This document shows positions 50,490 through 64,000 of a DNA stretch of 64,000 bases, one piece after another; position 1 is the first letter of the stretch; each line of letters opens with the position of its first letter. Under the pieces are notes generated by a model. That model saw only the letters and a program-made list of their open reading frames with translations, did not search any database and was not told the DNA's origin. Both the position numbers and the translations under genes were made by a program. The stretch comes from Convolutriloba macropyga (taxonomy: Eukaryota), in the NCBI RefSeq assembly GCF_964194025.1, contig NC_134478.1:15314001-15378000 (forward strand), written 5' to 3'.

Positions 50490-52378
50490 CCCCTTTAAAT
50501 TTATACTAACGAACTTAACTATCAAAATTTAATTGAGAGGTAGATACGTGCTGAAGTGAGAATGTTAATGAAATTGTCTGGATTATATTTCCTTTGTTGT
50601 TTGAAACATTTTCTGATGTGTAAAGGCAGAAAGTTGAATTAACGAATTGTAATGCTGATTCTTTTTTTGTTCCGACCCACATCAATGTGGGGACAAACTT
50701 CATGCTTTGAAAGCCAAATAAAATATTTTTGAACTTTATTTTTCCCGAGAAGTTATTCGGGAAATTTATTTAAATCAGGGTGATTATAGGTAAATAGGGC
50801 TAACTTTGTTCTTTTGAGTAACTTTCTCCAAAGTTTTTCAGTTGCATTTGTTCTTGTTAAATTTTTATTTAACTTATACCACCATATTTTATAATCTTTG
50901 GTTGTATTTGATTTTTAAGCAAATGTTTTGGATTATTTGGCAGATTTTGCTGGTGTAGACCGTTTTCTTCTATTTTATTTTTTTTTCATATGTTTTTTTG
51001 ATTTAATTTTCGGTAATTTTGTTTTCTTCGGTTTCAATTTTTGAAAAGTTATCAATTAACTAATATTTTAATTAATTGATATCACTTACATGAGTTTAAA
51101 AAATTATTAATATTTAAACACCTTTTATTGACATTAATCTTAGGTTTTTGTTGCGAGATTTTTGTTAAGGCTGTTTGTTCAGCCGCAACACTCTTAACTA
51201 AAGCAGCTTTTTTTCATTGATTCGAAGTTTTTCGGGTCCATAGGATATTAGGCGAAGACTTGATTAGGCAAACACATTTTTGGGGGCCACTAGGCAAAAA
51301 ATTTTGAACAAAAGTTTTGTGGGCATTAGGTGAATACCAATTTAAAATACTTAAAATCGGTCCTTTGTCCACTTGGAGCTACAAAGTACTCGAGTGTCCC
51401 TAACTAGTCTGACATCAAAATGAAATATAAATAAATCTCATTAGAAAACATTTTTTTATTCATTCCCCCACAGTAACATTGGGGCAACGATATGGTATTA
51501 AGCTAAAAGTAAGGCGGAAAGAAGGGAGAACATTATTAAAAATTTATTCCTTTATTCTAAACAGTTAGTTATTGGAATTTTTAATTAATTTAAATGTTTT
51601 TTTTGCATCAGATCTAGGCAGGAACTTGTCGCCTTCGAAAGGAAACTACAAAGTTTGTTTTGTCAGTGAGGTTTGAAACCAGAAAAAATTGAGTTTTTTC
51701 AACTGAATGGATTTTAAATTCTTTCACGCATTGAATTACGCAATGTAGTGAATACGGTCAAAGTCAAAAGGGAAAATCAAAAGAAGCAGGATAAGCAAAA
51801 GAAACAGGACAAGCATATAAAGCCCTGTCATTAAGTCATAGTGAATTAGGATATCAAAGTTCATTAAAGCGATTGCTAGCTGGCAATAGTATTACGCGTA
51901 ATAGCGTTCTGTTGAAAAGCTGAGTTAAGTGTAATTTTATAATCTAACCGAATATGCATAATCTGCACAATAAAAAGAGAAATTTGACTCGTATGTCACT
52001 TTCTATCTCTTATTTTTTCTTATTCTGTTTCAATGCCAATGTGCGTCAAGTGGTTCAACGGCAGCTATTTTCTGACAATTTGCCGGCTATATTTGTCTCT
52101 AGTGGTCGAATAATTATTTGCAAAGTTTTTTCTCCAATAAATCCTTGTCGAGATTTTTTAATTCCTCTTGAACGAAGTTCATAGCAATTCTTGACAACGT
52201 ATTGGTCTTTTTTATGCAAATTTTTCGCTTGACCTTTTTACGCTTTTCTAGAACATTCTCCGACTTCTCAAGTGACTTTTTCACGCTTTCGCTCTTCATT
52301 TCTGACTGATCTCTATTGCTCTTACTTCGAAGAAAGCTTTTTGCTAATATAAAGTCGGTTACAGCATAGCAAAAACAA

Positions 52379-52452
52379 GGTCCTGATAACCGAGTGGTTA
52401 GTGCATTTAATTATAGATCGGGAGGTCAGTTGTTTGATTCCCGGTGGGGTCA
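52379..52452 (+). pseudogene. Degenerate tRNA(Cys-like)-derived pseudogene or SINE head
   Basis: GGTCCTGATAACCGAGTGGTTAGTGCATTTAATTATAGATCGGGAGGTCAGTTGTTTGATTCCCGGTGGGGTCA followed by a T-run. tRNA-length with decayed boxes. Confidence 0.45.
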
Positions 52453-53675
52453 TTTTTTTTCTACTCGCCTGTCGTTCAAGAGCAATTTTTCCAACATTAG
52501 TCGGTTTATGTTCTTAAGCTTCTCAACGACGACACGTTCAACTACCGCTTCTGAATTTAGCGCGTATTTTAAAATCTGGGAAACAATTTTTTTCAGTAAA
52601 AATTTGTTCATTTCGGAATTGCATATCGCTTCTACGGAAACGACAGACAAATGTCCTATTTTAATGAGAGGTTTTCCATGGGGCCACAAAAACTATTTCA
52701 GATGATCATTTTCTGCATGGCTACGGAAGCTATTCTCTGCATGAATAGTCGACTGATAGAGGTGTGCATTTTGTGATAGGAATGGTTCATTTTTGTCCCA
52801 TTTATTCTAACTTTGCCTGTTCTGTTTTATCAAGTAAACAAGAGCTGATAATTTTCGCTCTAAGATTTTTTAATAATTTACCTTATAATTTTACCTTAAA
52901 TATATTTTACCTTAAATATAATATATAATTTACCTTAAAGATTTGCCATAAGTATGGGATTTTGAGCTCAATAAAGGTTCTTTGCAGCTTTTCACTAAAT
53001 TAAATAAAAAATTACTAACAATCAAAAAATTGGAGGCTACAAGAAGGACGCTATTTTGTGCGCCACAAACAGGAAAACGGGTCATACCTAGAGTCAAGTA
53101 GTTTATCAGAATATAGCTTTGAAAGCGTCTTGTATTCTGCTTGATTTCGTTTCTTTAGTCGAATCACTTTGAATCGCACGTTAAGGTCCTCATCTTGAAA
53201 GCTTCTTTCTCAATGACTATTTCTAGATGGGATGATTTTACTAACAAGTACAGCTTTTACCTAAACTTTTCAGCAACGGCGAAAAGAGATTTTAGGCAGC
53301 CTATAATTTTTTTCAGCTTGAACAATTAACAAATTTAAGAACAATTTTTTCAGGATAGTAGTGCGTTCCTTCAAAATTGTCAAAAATATTTTTCCATGAG
53401 TCCCGTGATGACAAAAATTGAGAAAAATTGTCATGTACCAATAAACTAATGCATGATGTATGTAATTCTATCGAAAGATGTCGATAATCAGTATCATTTT
53501 TAAGTGAACCTCAGCTAGCAAAAGAAAGTTGCTTACAAAGCTTTCTTGGACGTGTAGTTTAACCACATGTGCTCTGATCGTTTTGGCGCGAAAAGGTACA
53601 ATTTTTTTTCAGATATATTGAAAAACTTACGTTAATTTGGAAATTGTCAATTGAAAAGAGATCCTATCCGAAAGC

Positions 53676-56600
53676 ATGTCGAGTGACATTGGAGACTGGT
53701 ACCGTGGGATCCCTCAGATCAGTCGATATTGGTTCACAGGGTCTGTGGCACTCCCTCTAGCGGGCAAAATTGGCATCGTCACTCCAATCCAAATGATAAT
53801 GAACTTTTATTTGGTGTTCTACAAGTTCCACTTTTGGCGACCATTTACAGCTCTCTTTTATTACCCTATCACCCCTCAAACTGGGTTCCACTATTTGATG
53901 AATCTGTATTTCCTTTATTCTTACTCGACGCAATTGGAAACTGAGTTTTATCAAGGTATGGCAAAAAGTTTGGCCATCATTGTATGCTTTAAATGCTTGA
54001 GCTAGAATTGTCTAGAATTGACCGCATTAATATAGCTTCAACGCGTATATTATCCACCGAGCATTAGATTAAAATGTTACTTAATTTAAGCCAATATCAA
54101 AGCAGGACGCTTTAAAAAATTAAAAGGATAATTGCGAGGTTTTGTCGGCGTTCTTTAATGACGGCTGGCAAAATGCATCAGGATGTAATCATCATGCTTC
54201 TACTTCTCCGCGCTTCTAGTTCACTTAAGCTCGCAAATTTGAACACCATATAGTTTTCCCTTGCATCCTTTAAATCCTCAAACTGTATATCTCAGCGTTG
54301 TAGTAAGTATTTATATAATTGATATCGGGCTGAAATTATAGCGAAGTTTTAAGATAGTAGTGGTGAAAAACGGCACCATCGTCGTTTTGGCTCAAAATAC
54401 GCAACTTTTTGAAATTCGTTAAAGTCAGGTTAATGAGTTGCAAGCCTGTGGTTGTCTCATCGAAAAATTGTTTTTTTTAGGACGACCAGCCGAATACTTG
54501 TTTGCGTTGATCTTCATGTGGCTATGCAGCCTGGTGTTGTCTTGCGTGCTTGAGATTGCCCTTCTCATGGACATAATGGTGATGGCTGTGTTGTATTTGT
54601 GGTGTGCCAACAATAAAGATGTCATTGTACGCTTCTGGTTCGGAACCCAGTTCAAGGTCAGTCAACACGCAAATATTTAGCACGTCAATTTTCTCATCTT
54701 TCTCTGTAATGAGCTATCAGGTCTTGACCTTCCTGCGATGAACACATCTTGAGGCAAGAAAATAGGGATTATGATCCACCCAATCGACGGAACAGTGAGC
54801 CCCCTGTATGAAACATCACAGCAGTGTATTTAAATTTACCGCAAAAACAGATTGCATTTTAAACTTACATCAATATGCTAGGCTCTAGGAGCCGGGTCCG
54901 AAGGTTGAAATAATACTAAACTAATTGTTTTCCACGTACGTTTAAGTTGCTCTCTCAATTTCAACAAGCAAGACGAAAATAAACAAATTTTATCGTACAC
55001 TGAGTCTTGAGCACCCTAGATTGATCCCCCACCAACTTTTCTCTAAAATTTTTGGCTGTTATCATATCAGAAGCACTGTGTACGTGAGGAAATCAATTAT
55101 GTAGTGGTTCTTCAGCGGCCTGTGTAGACCTCAAACCGGTGAGATCTAACCAAAACGACCCCCGCCCTTGTTTTGTTTTCATGTGGTGGGATTAAAAAAA
55201 CTCGGTAGACAGTTGCGCATTCAGTGTTAATCAGATAAAACAGTTACGAAAACTAGAGAAAGCAGAAAGGTTTTGTTGGCTGAGAATGACAATACTACAG
55301 AGCTTAGTCCTGGGGCAAAGCAATGCAATTTATCTTCTTTCTTGACTCAGCAAATGAATAGTTTAATAGATGATGACACCGCTTCCCGCTTTCACGTGCC
55401 GCCCAAAAGAACACTTTTCTATCCGGACAAAAAAGATAAACTGTACCAGATCTCTGTTATTGAACATCATCTCGGAAAAACTAAAATTTGATATGACCAA
55501 TGGGGGTCGAACTTCGATGAGTTGGTGTGCTCCAAATCAATATGGGCCTACTCGAAATTTACACCTTTACTGCCTAAAGTGGAAAAAATACCACGCGATT
55601 TAGCGAAGCGGAATTACGAGATTGTGCAGTCCGCGAGTTCAGCAAATCTAGCTGCAACATATATAAATCTAAATGAACTACCAGATTTCGAAACCATAAG
55701 CAGTAAGCACATTCCTTCCCTAAGGTTCATTCTTTTAAAGTTTCGGGTGAGATGGTCAGAATTACTAACGTCCGTTATCAATGCTTGCATTTCACACTCG
55801 CAATCGTTAGAAAATTGGAAAAAACTCTTTGCAATTAGCAAATGTGTTCTGCGGGCGTCTAATCGTAGGGGTAAGAAGCACAAGCAGCAGCAATAGAAAG
55901 TTGTTGAGCATTCTTGAGCGATAGAAATCAGGTGATTATGCTGCACTGTGGTACGAGGCGGCCTCAATGAAGCAGTCAAGTAAAACTAGCAGCGAGTCAA
56001 TAGACGCTTTTAACAAGCCGCGCGAAATCTCTTTGCCTGCAGGGTTAGTTTGGGAGGGCAGCGAAAGTTTTGTCGTCTGACGGTGACGCACCTGACAATG
56101 CTGCAACGTTGAATGAAATTAAAAAGCTCCCGCCTAAGGAGAAGCAACTTGATCACCAATTTGATCAAGATGATAACACGAACGCATATCAATTTCACGA
56201 GGCATTTTTATTCTTCTAAATAATCGATCTCCAAATTTACTGCAGCTGGGCCGTCAACAATGTATCCCGAACATTTGTTGTATGCAGTAAACTGCGGTGC
56301 CCCTGATCAATCAAAGCGAGCAATCACTTTTTCAAAAAAATCCGTCAACTTAGCCAGCAGTGGTCAGCTTCCCGATTTCGTTTGTCCTATATTATGAAGT
56401 GCAACACTAACTGCATTGATAAAAATTGAAAGGTGGCGTCCTATCGCTGTTGGAGAAGTCATTCGACGTCTTATTGCTAAATGCATTGCTCGTGAAGCAA
56501 ATTCAGAAGCTGCTGATCTTTTTAACAGAAAACAATTGGGAGTAGCAATCAAGGCTGGTGCTGAGGGCATAGCACATGCAACAAGAGTTTCCTTTGAAAA

Positions 56601-59600
56601 ACTGCAAAAATAAAAATTCCGGAATGTTAGATTGATTTCAAAAATGCCTTCAATTCGGTGAAAAGAAGCGTGGTTTTGGAAGCAGTCGCTAACTTATTAC
56701 CTGGTGTTGCCCCTTTTGCGACTTTTTGCTACTAACAACACAGTCATTTGCATTTTTGGAACTTATTTAAGTAGCCAATCGGGAGTACAACAAGGGGATT
56801 CTTTGGAGGTCGCTTTTGTTTTCACTAGCTCTTGGGCCAATCATCAAAGAAATTGAAACAAAATTACCAAATCTGATACAGAATAATTGGTATTTGGATG
56901 ATGGCATCCTTGCTTGTACGAATCAACAATTTCGCACAGCATTGAATTTGTTGACTAATTTGGGTGAAGACTGCGGTTTAGAGCTCAGAATAGAAAAAAC
57001 GAGTTTTGGTCACCCGTTGATTTGAATGGTGTAGTTAACAGGGTAGAGAGAAATAGCAAAGAAGGACTTGAGATCTTGGGATCTGCCAGCGGCAATCTCA
57101 GCACTGTTGCTAAATCTTTGAGGAAAAGAGTCAATAAAATAGAAAAACTGCTCGACAACCTGGCGTATCTAGACGACCCTCAATCTGCACTTGGATTTCT
57201 TCGAAGCTCTCTTGGTGCCCCAAAGATGGTATATTCCCTGCGATGTAACACTGCATCCGACGAATCCTCTGTTTTTTTGCGGGATTTTGACAATCTTCAG
57301 CGAACAACATTTGAGAGTATGTTGGGCACCGTTTTAAGTGACAGCGCTTGGAAGCCGGAATTGGCATTGGAATTAGACAAGCAGTTGACCAATTGAAAGC
57401 GGCGTTTGTCGGGTCAGTATTGCAGTCAGACGATTTAGTAGAACAAATAACCGGTGAGAAAAGAATAAAGAACCAAATCTTCAAGGAAATAGTGGAAGAA
57501 CTGAATAATCTAGAATTTAGCCAATATACCGAACACAAGACTCAGGAGGCACTTGATGATGCTGCTTTTTCTGACCTTCTTTCTAATCAGATTTCAAGTC
57601 GGGACAAAGCTCGTTTGCTTTCACTAACCTTGCCTCAATCTGTTGCCTGGCTTTACTCACCTCTAATCCCTAATCTGGGCCTTCATCTTCAGCCTAATGA
57701 ATTCAGAGCTTGATTGAAGTATCGGATTGGTGTTCCGTTATACGAGGAATGAAAATGTCCCAACTGTCAAAACGGCAGACTGGACAAGCTGGGTTATCAC
57801 GATTTATGCTGTCATGTTCGGGGGAAATATCGCAGCAGGATAGAGTGAGAGATAGAATACTTGCTCGACTGCAAACTTAGCACCCGTCTGCGAACAGAAA
57901 AATTTGATTCCGGATAATAACTCAAGGCCAGGAGATATATACTTGCCCAGCTGGTCAGCGAGACAACGAGCTGCGTTGAATCTAACCATGACTTCACCAC
58001 TGCAGCCCAGTCTGATTTCAGATGTGGCGAGGATTTGATCTGACAAATGCTGAAGGGAATATAAACAATATGCCCAATAATGTGCCGAAATAGGTATCCA
58101 GTTTGTACCACTCGCTTTTGAATCTTTCGGTGGCTTCTCAGATTTGGTTCGAAAAACTTTGAAACGTATAGCCTTGTTTGCCGATAACCGAAACTTACAA
58201 CCAGCTGGTTTATCAATTGCCTACATATGGTTATCTCAAGGAGTCTCATTGACTTAAATGAGAGGTTCAGCCACGATGCTTTTCGCCAAAGATCCCCTGT
58301 TATGAGACTCATTCATGCGACAACACCCTGAGCCCCACAATGGTCCTTTTAAAGTCTTCGCTCACCCAAATTTTGTTGTGCTAGAAATTCTTCGCTCACC
58401 CGCCGAGTTGTTGTGCTAGAACTTCTTTTTCACTCAATGAGTGGGGACCATGCTCATTTTTTCCGCTCAACCCGATTGTGTGGGGTGATGTGGACGAAGT
58501 TTTGAAGACCCGATTGTGAGGGTTTCTGCGAACAACCAAAAAAGACAGACTCAATTGCGTGGGTACCATGGTGATTTGTGAGTACAAACCTGATCGTAAT
58601 AAAATTTTCTGAGAATCGACTAAGCTTAGAACTCCTTTCAATCATGAGCTCCCCAACCAAGCATACCTTATATTGAAGATTTCTTTTGAAAAAAGTCTAG
58701 ATATTAGCAACCTCAGTTACACGTGTCTTGTTCGGAACCCATGAAGGTAATTTTGAGGAATGAATTTAATTTTTAGGACTCGATTGTCGATCGATAATTT
58801 TTGTATTGTGCATTTTTGAAATTCTGAAGTAACTATTACACTTCTAGAATCAATACTCAGCTGTTTTTTTGTAGTTTTTGTAATCTTCAATTTTCTTATA
58901 ACATCTGGGGAAGCTGGATGGCTCTGATTATTTGTTCCAAAAGTTTTGCTGGTCTTCCAATCGGATTCATATTTATTTTGTTGTTTTTGTTATAAAAAAT
59001 TGAGTTAATTTTTTGCAAATTTGTGCCGATTTTTTTTTCATTTTAAGTTATCTGCCTATATTGTTAATTTTAGTGCTACTCACTATAGTTATATGGTCGG
59101 TCCTTCGTTATATGCTATAATACAGTTTTTGTTACTATTAGATGACACTTGAAGGCTAGACATGGCAATTTTTACTGAAACACATCATACTCATTTTTTT
59201 CAGGTTTCTGTTCTTTAATTGTTGAGTATTGTTTCGCGGCTATATTTTGAACGAGTGAATAATCTAGCGGAACATGCAAAAATGTTTTGAAGAAAAAGGG
59301 ATAGAAAATTTCATTTCGGCGTTTTGCAGAGAATTTTTTACGAAAAATATTAGAGAATGTTTGAGAATACTATTTGATGGATTTTCTGTCAATTGGTACA
59401 AATGTATTGCAAACTACTTGGGTTAATGTTTTTGGAGTCACAACTTTTATCGGACGCTAGATCAGTCTTTGTCAGATATTTGTCTCATATTTTTTCTCAT
59501 ATTGCTTCAAATTTTTTAGTATAATTTTGCAGGATGAGCATTATGTCAGTAGGCATCGTCAATTTTCCACTTCGAGTCGTTGCAGGAATTCTGCATACGC

Positions 59601-60469
59601 CCTCTCTTACCTCATTGTCTAAACACTCTGTAAGCTTTAATTATTGTATGTGTAACAAGGTACATTTGTGTCATGATATCTGTTATTTTTCGCAATAGTT
59701 GTCTTCGTTAAGGGTGCTGGCCAAAGCTGCCTGTATCCTGCTTAATTATGCCGGCTGCTTTGTCGGGTTTTAGCTTTTATAAAAATATCTATATTAGTTT
59801 GCAATGATGTTATTGTGTAGGCAATGTATCTTCCGTGGATTCTGTTCCTGTTCAACCTGGTAATCAGGGGAGGGGGGATGGACCAGCTGATGGGTATCCT
59901 AGTGGGACACATGTACTTCTTCCTCATGTTCAAATATCCTCAGGTAATTGATTGTTTAGGAATGGATTGAAACAAAATTGATTTTTAATCCAATATCAGG
60001 CTGTGTTAGAATGTTACGAGGCAACAACTCAATGTAAAGTTTGCATAAATGAACTTGGAAATAAACCCTACTTCTTCAACGCTAACTTAACTGGAGAGAT
60101 AATTACTTGCGGAGCAAGAAAGGACAACAGAATGGGTTGTAAGAGATGTCCAAGTTCTCGAGCTTTAGACCACTTGTTGCAACTTACTAGGCTAGTCAGT
60201 AAGAGATGCTGGTGCTTGTTTTGGTCCATGTTAGCCCTCCTAATACAAAGCAATTTTAATTCAGTTTGTAACCTAGCAGTTTCCGCGAGTTTAGGGAAAA
60301 TATAAGTTCTAAAAAAGAGATGTGTTCCAGGACTTTGGAGGGCGACAGTTGATCCACACTCCCCAGATCCTTTATAAATGGTTTCCCTCCACTAGGGGAG
60401 GGGTGCATGGATTCGGACAGAGACCCTTCGGAGGCAGAGCTCAGAGACCTGGAGACGATGGTGGACAAG
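53676..60469 (+). CDS. DERL1: Derlin-1 (ERAD rhomboid pseudoprotease), multi-exon; last exon likely outside the window
   Basis: Phase-consistent exons 53676-53955, 54481-54656, 59821-59943 and 60331-60469. They encode MSSDIGDWYRGIPQISRYWF..WRPFTA..GFHYLMNLYFLYSYSTQLET..GRPAEY..FWFGTQFK|AMYLPW..GILVGHMYFFLMFKYPQ|DFGG..TPQILYKWFP..GGVHGFG. Confidence 0.95.
55273..58330 (+). mobile_element. CRE-clade non-LTR retrotransposon (RT, CCHC finger, restriction-like endonuclease), decayed, inside Derlin-1 intron 2
   Basis: Remnants AAGPS, WRPIAVGEVIRRLIAKC, QLGVAIKAGAEGIAHA, DFKNAFNSV, SGVQQGD, WYLDDG, GLEILGS, PKMVYSLRC, CPNCQ..D..GYHDLCC, SRPGDIYLPSW and FVPLAFESFGG. Confidence 0.9.
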
Positions 60470-62139
60470 GTTAGTTTACAAATTACATTCGTTAGAACTG
60501 TTACTATTAACGGCGCTGTATTACCCTTATTAATTGCTCTCAAACGAAGTTTATTAATTGCTCTCAAACGAAGTTTGTAGCAATTATATTAGTCCTGTTG
60601 CTCTTTTCTATGCGATTTTTTGCTTGACAGATTTTTCGTATGACCCATCTGACTTGTCCTTAAAAACGGGATAAACAGGTAGCGCCGGGCAGGCGTTAAG
60701 TTTCATTAGAGGCCCTTGGTTGTGTTTAGTAGTCCTTCATGTGCTTAGTGTGATGAAGCTACGGGAAGGCCGTAGTTTAATGTTAAAAAGTCATTTTTAG
60801 GAGTTGTTGGGCCCAAAATGTTGCAATTTTTCGTGTTTATTTTGTCATTTTTAGAATTTTTTGTTGGACCAGTCTAAAATAGAGGCTGATTTAAGTTGAT
60901 AAAGGTCTTTTGAAAGACATAAGTAGTTTTTATGACCATTTTAAGAGCTGTATGTTTTGGTAATCCAAACAAAAACACACAATTTTATTCTAATATTTTA
61001 ACAATCTTTTTTCAAACTTTTTGAAAATGTTTGTCAGTTTTTGAGTGTTTTCAGCCCTAGGTGTCAGGAAGCCCACTCAAATAGATTACTGCACAGTTTC
61101 TAGTGGTAACGGAATGGTGTTCAACTTTTTTATGTCACCAATTTTTTTAGTTTTCTCCAGCCCCAAGAGCCAAGGAACCTTCTCTGGGGTTTGAAAATAG
61201 TTTACTTCATAGTTTCTAGATGTAATGGAATGTTTTTGAAGATTTTAATATCACGAATTTAAGCATTTTTTTAAAACAATATTTGCATTTTGTTGAAGTT
61301 TTTTGGAATGTTTTTGATTTTCTTTTCATTTTGCGAGGTTTGATAATAATCTGTTGCATAGTTTATAGAGTTAATGGAATGGTTATCAGTTTTTTAGTGT
61401 TTCGAGTTGTAGCAATGTTTTGATAAAATTTAATTTTTTTTTCATTTTTCCGAAAAATTTCTATATTCAAGTTTATGGATCTTTGAGCCAGTGAGACTGT
61501 TTAAGGGTTAAAATAGGGACACTGGATAGCCCCTTGAGACAATAAAATTGTTCTGAAGATAATATCACGAGTTTTAGCAAGATTTTGTTAAAATTTGCAA
61601 ATTTTTTTTAAGTATTGAATATTTTTGTCCTGAGTTTAACGATTATTACTGGCCAACAAAACTTTTCAAGTTTTGCAGATGGGTTACATGACAGAACTCC
61701 AGAGACAAATGTTTTTAATTTCATTCTAACTGCGGAATGTCGAAACTTTTGAATTTTGCACTTTCAGTTTTCTTCTATATGATTTAATTAATAACAAGGC
61801 TGGAAAGAAAAGTAGAAGTTGCAGAGCCGACTATCGTTATAGAAAAAATACGAAGCCTTATCTCTGTTGGTTGGGGTTTATTTCATTCTCTTTGTCGTTC
61901 GCTTTTCTCTCTCGCACACTATCTCCCTCACCTCACTGCCCTTCAATTAAACTAAAACTAGCCTAACTAAACTGTGGCTAGCTACTAACGAAGTCAACCG
62001 CTCGCCGGTTGTTTGAGAGCAACTCACCTGACGTTAGTCGGTTATGTTAGCAGTTGTATTAGTCCTGTCGGTCTTTTTTATGCAAGTTTCGCTTGACCGT
62101 TTTTTGTCTGACCCATTTGACTTTTCCTCATCAAAAACG

Positions 62140-62375
62140 GGATTAAATAGGTAGCGCCCAGTGGTCATCAAATGCTCCTAGAGCTTTTCAGCTCTCTAGT
62201 CCGCAAGTAAACGAGATAAATAGGTAGCGCCCAGTGGGCATCAAATGCTCCTAGAGGTTTTCAGCTCTCTAGTCCCCAAGAGTTCCTCCTCAGAAACAGG
62301 ATAAATAGGTAGCGCCCAGTGGACATCAAATGCTCCTAGAGCTTTTCAGCTCTCGAGTCCCCAGCTCTCTAGTAA
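62140..62375. repeat. Three ~75-bp tandem repeats
   Basis: taaataggtagcgcccagtgg.catcaaatgctcctagag.ttttcagctct at ~62144, 62217 and 62302. Related to ~60670 and, in reverse orientation, ~10210. Confidence 0.85.
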
Positions 62376-63109
62376 TTCTCCCCAGGTTAGTAGGTCATTT
62401 TTATTCCGTCTTTCTTTTGTGCTATTTTTTGCTTGGTGGATTTTTCGTCGGACGCTGACTTTTCTTGTGACTTTTTCACATTTGATTTTTTTGGTCTTTG
62501 CATAATTTAATTTGCGTTCAATCAAAATTTAAGCCGTTGATTCAATTCGTAGTAGTTAAATATTGACAGTCATATCAAGAGAGCGTGAAAGGTGGATTTA
62601 TATTTGAAACGGTAGTCGGTCAACTCGTGGGCGGCAAGTTAACTATGTACATTCAGAACGGCCGCTTCTTTTCTACTAAGGCTCTAATGGGTGCTTCAAC
62701 GAGGGGAGCCTGCTCATTGATCGCGCGCCTTGGAGGTAGAGTATGGAGCTACCGCAAAAAAGCTTAGCTAATTTTTGTCGTAATTTATGTGGTTACGTCA
62801 GAGTAAGTACTTTTTCCCCAGCTGATTCTTTCTACCAACATATAAACGGTTGTCGGCTCTGCCTGAAGAGCTTAATATCGATGGACAGAAGAATGCCTCC
62901 TCGACTTCAATTATTTTTTGTTTATTTAATTTTTTCTAATATATTTTTGAATCCTATGTTTTTAGGGCAACTATTAGCTAACAGTTATCGCACTTTCACA
63001 TCAAAAAACTTTGTAAAGCGTGAACCAAAAACGTTATGTTTTCATTTCTAATTCCAAGTATGCGATTCACACAAAAACTGTTTTAGAGACTTACATTTAT
63101 ATTGTGAAG

Positions 63110-63445
63110 GGACACACACATACACACCACACATTCATACATACGTACATACACACACGGGCACATGCACACACTCCGCGCACAGGCACACCACGCTCAC
63201 ACACCACGCACACACACACGCGCGCAAGCACACATGCGCACACACACTCACGCACACACGTACACTCNNNNNNNNNNNNNNNNNNNNNNNNNNNNNNNNN
63301 NNNNNNNNNNNNNNNNNNNNNNNNNNNNNNNNNNNNNNNNNNNNNNNNNNNNNNNNNNNNNNNNNNNNNNNNNNNNNNNNNNNNNNNNNNNNNNNNNNNN
63401 NNNNNNNNNNNNNNNNNTTGCACACACACATAACCACACCCACCA
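63110..63445. repeat. (CA)n-rich microsatellite spanning a gap
   Basis: cacacaca tracts on both sides of the N run at 63268-63417. Confidence 0.85.
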
Positions 63446-64000
63446 GCTCCCTCTCACTTCACCCTCAATCTCCAGCCCTGCACATCGTTTAGGTCGTAAC
63501 GGCCCCGTGCAGCCAAAACCCCTCCCAACGTTGCACCTCCCCCCCCCCCCCCCCCCCCCCCTGTTGCCCCCCGCCGACTTGCCCGACCCCCCCCATCAGC
63601 ACCCCCGCTGCGCTCACCTCACGCCCTTTCAATTAAGCTTAAAGCTAGCCTCACTAAACCGTTGCTAGCTACTGACAAAGCCAATCGCCCGACGGTCGTT
63701 TGAGAGCAATTCGCCCTACGTTAGTCGGTTATGTTAATAGAACGTATTGTTAGTAATAACGAGCTCGATCTCTGTCTAGCATATACAAACCAAAATCAGG
63801 GTAGAAATATGTAGTAGTTTGTTTATAGAGGCCCCATCGTATCATTGACTTGAAGAAGTGTTGTAGTAGTTATTTGGGACCTCTTCTTTGTTTACCTTTT
63901 TCGCCTGTTGACTTTCATCTAACCGGATTTTCATCGAGGGAAACGGGATGAGCTGGTAAAGCCCAAATGCTGCAGGGCGCGATGCAGATGTGTAATTGTG

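Noticed and set aside
55110-55200. HDV-like ribozyme at the 5' end of the CRE element
   Set aside because: I could not assemble the nested double pseudoknot by eye; it needs a descriptor search.
63845-64000. Possible minus-strand exon at the window edge
   Set aside because: Short, truncated open frame with no recognisable motif.

Overview
AT-rich animal (invertebrate-type) draft scaffold with spliceosomal introns and five N-gaps. It holds four host genes: an RNF168/RNF169-family RING E3 ligase (minus strand, at least 6 exons, 25055 to ~7632), intronless EXOSC10/Rrp6 (45079-47583), TIMM23 (3 exons) and Derlin-1 (at least 4 exons, 3' end probably outside the window). The rest is repeats and decayed mobile elements. 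A ~10.5 kb satellite of ~680-bp units, each carrying a tRNA-derived Pol III cassette, fills a 14.5-kb intron of the RING gene. There are also two decayed CRE-type non-LTR elements, an L2-type LINE fragment and a tandem array of Penelope 3' fragments. An apparent env-bearing LTR-element remnant carries a class III fusogen-like glycoprotein, an 11-copy hairpin array, a coiled-coil ORF and a J-domain. The most striking observation is a near-full-length Penelope-like retroelement with a PHD zinc finger inserted in-frame inside the reverse transcriptase palm, between motif B' and YxDD. The same element has an extra upstream ORF and a minimal hammerhead ribozyme in its terminal repeat. All family calls rest on motif recognition by eye; no searches were run.
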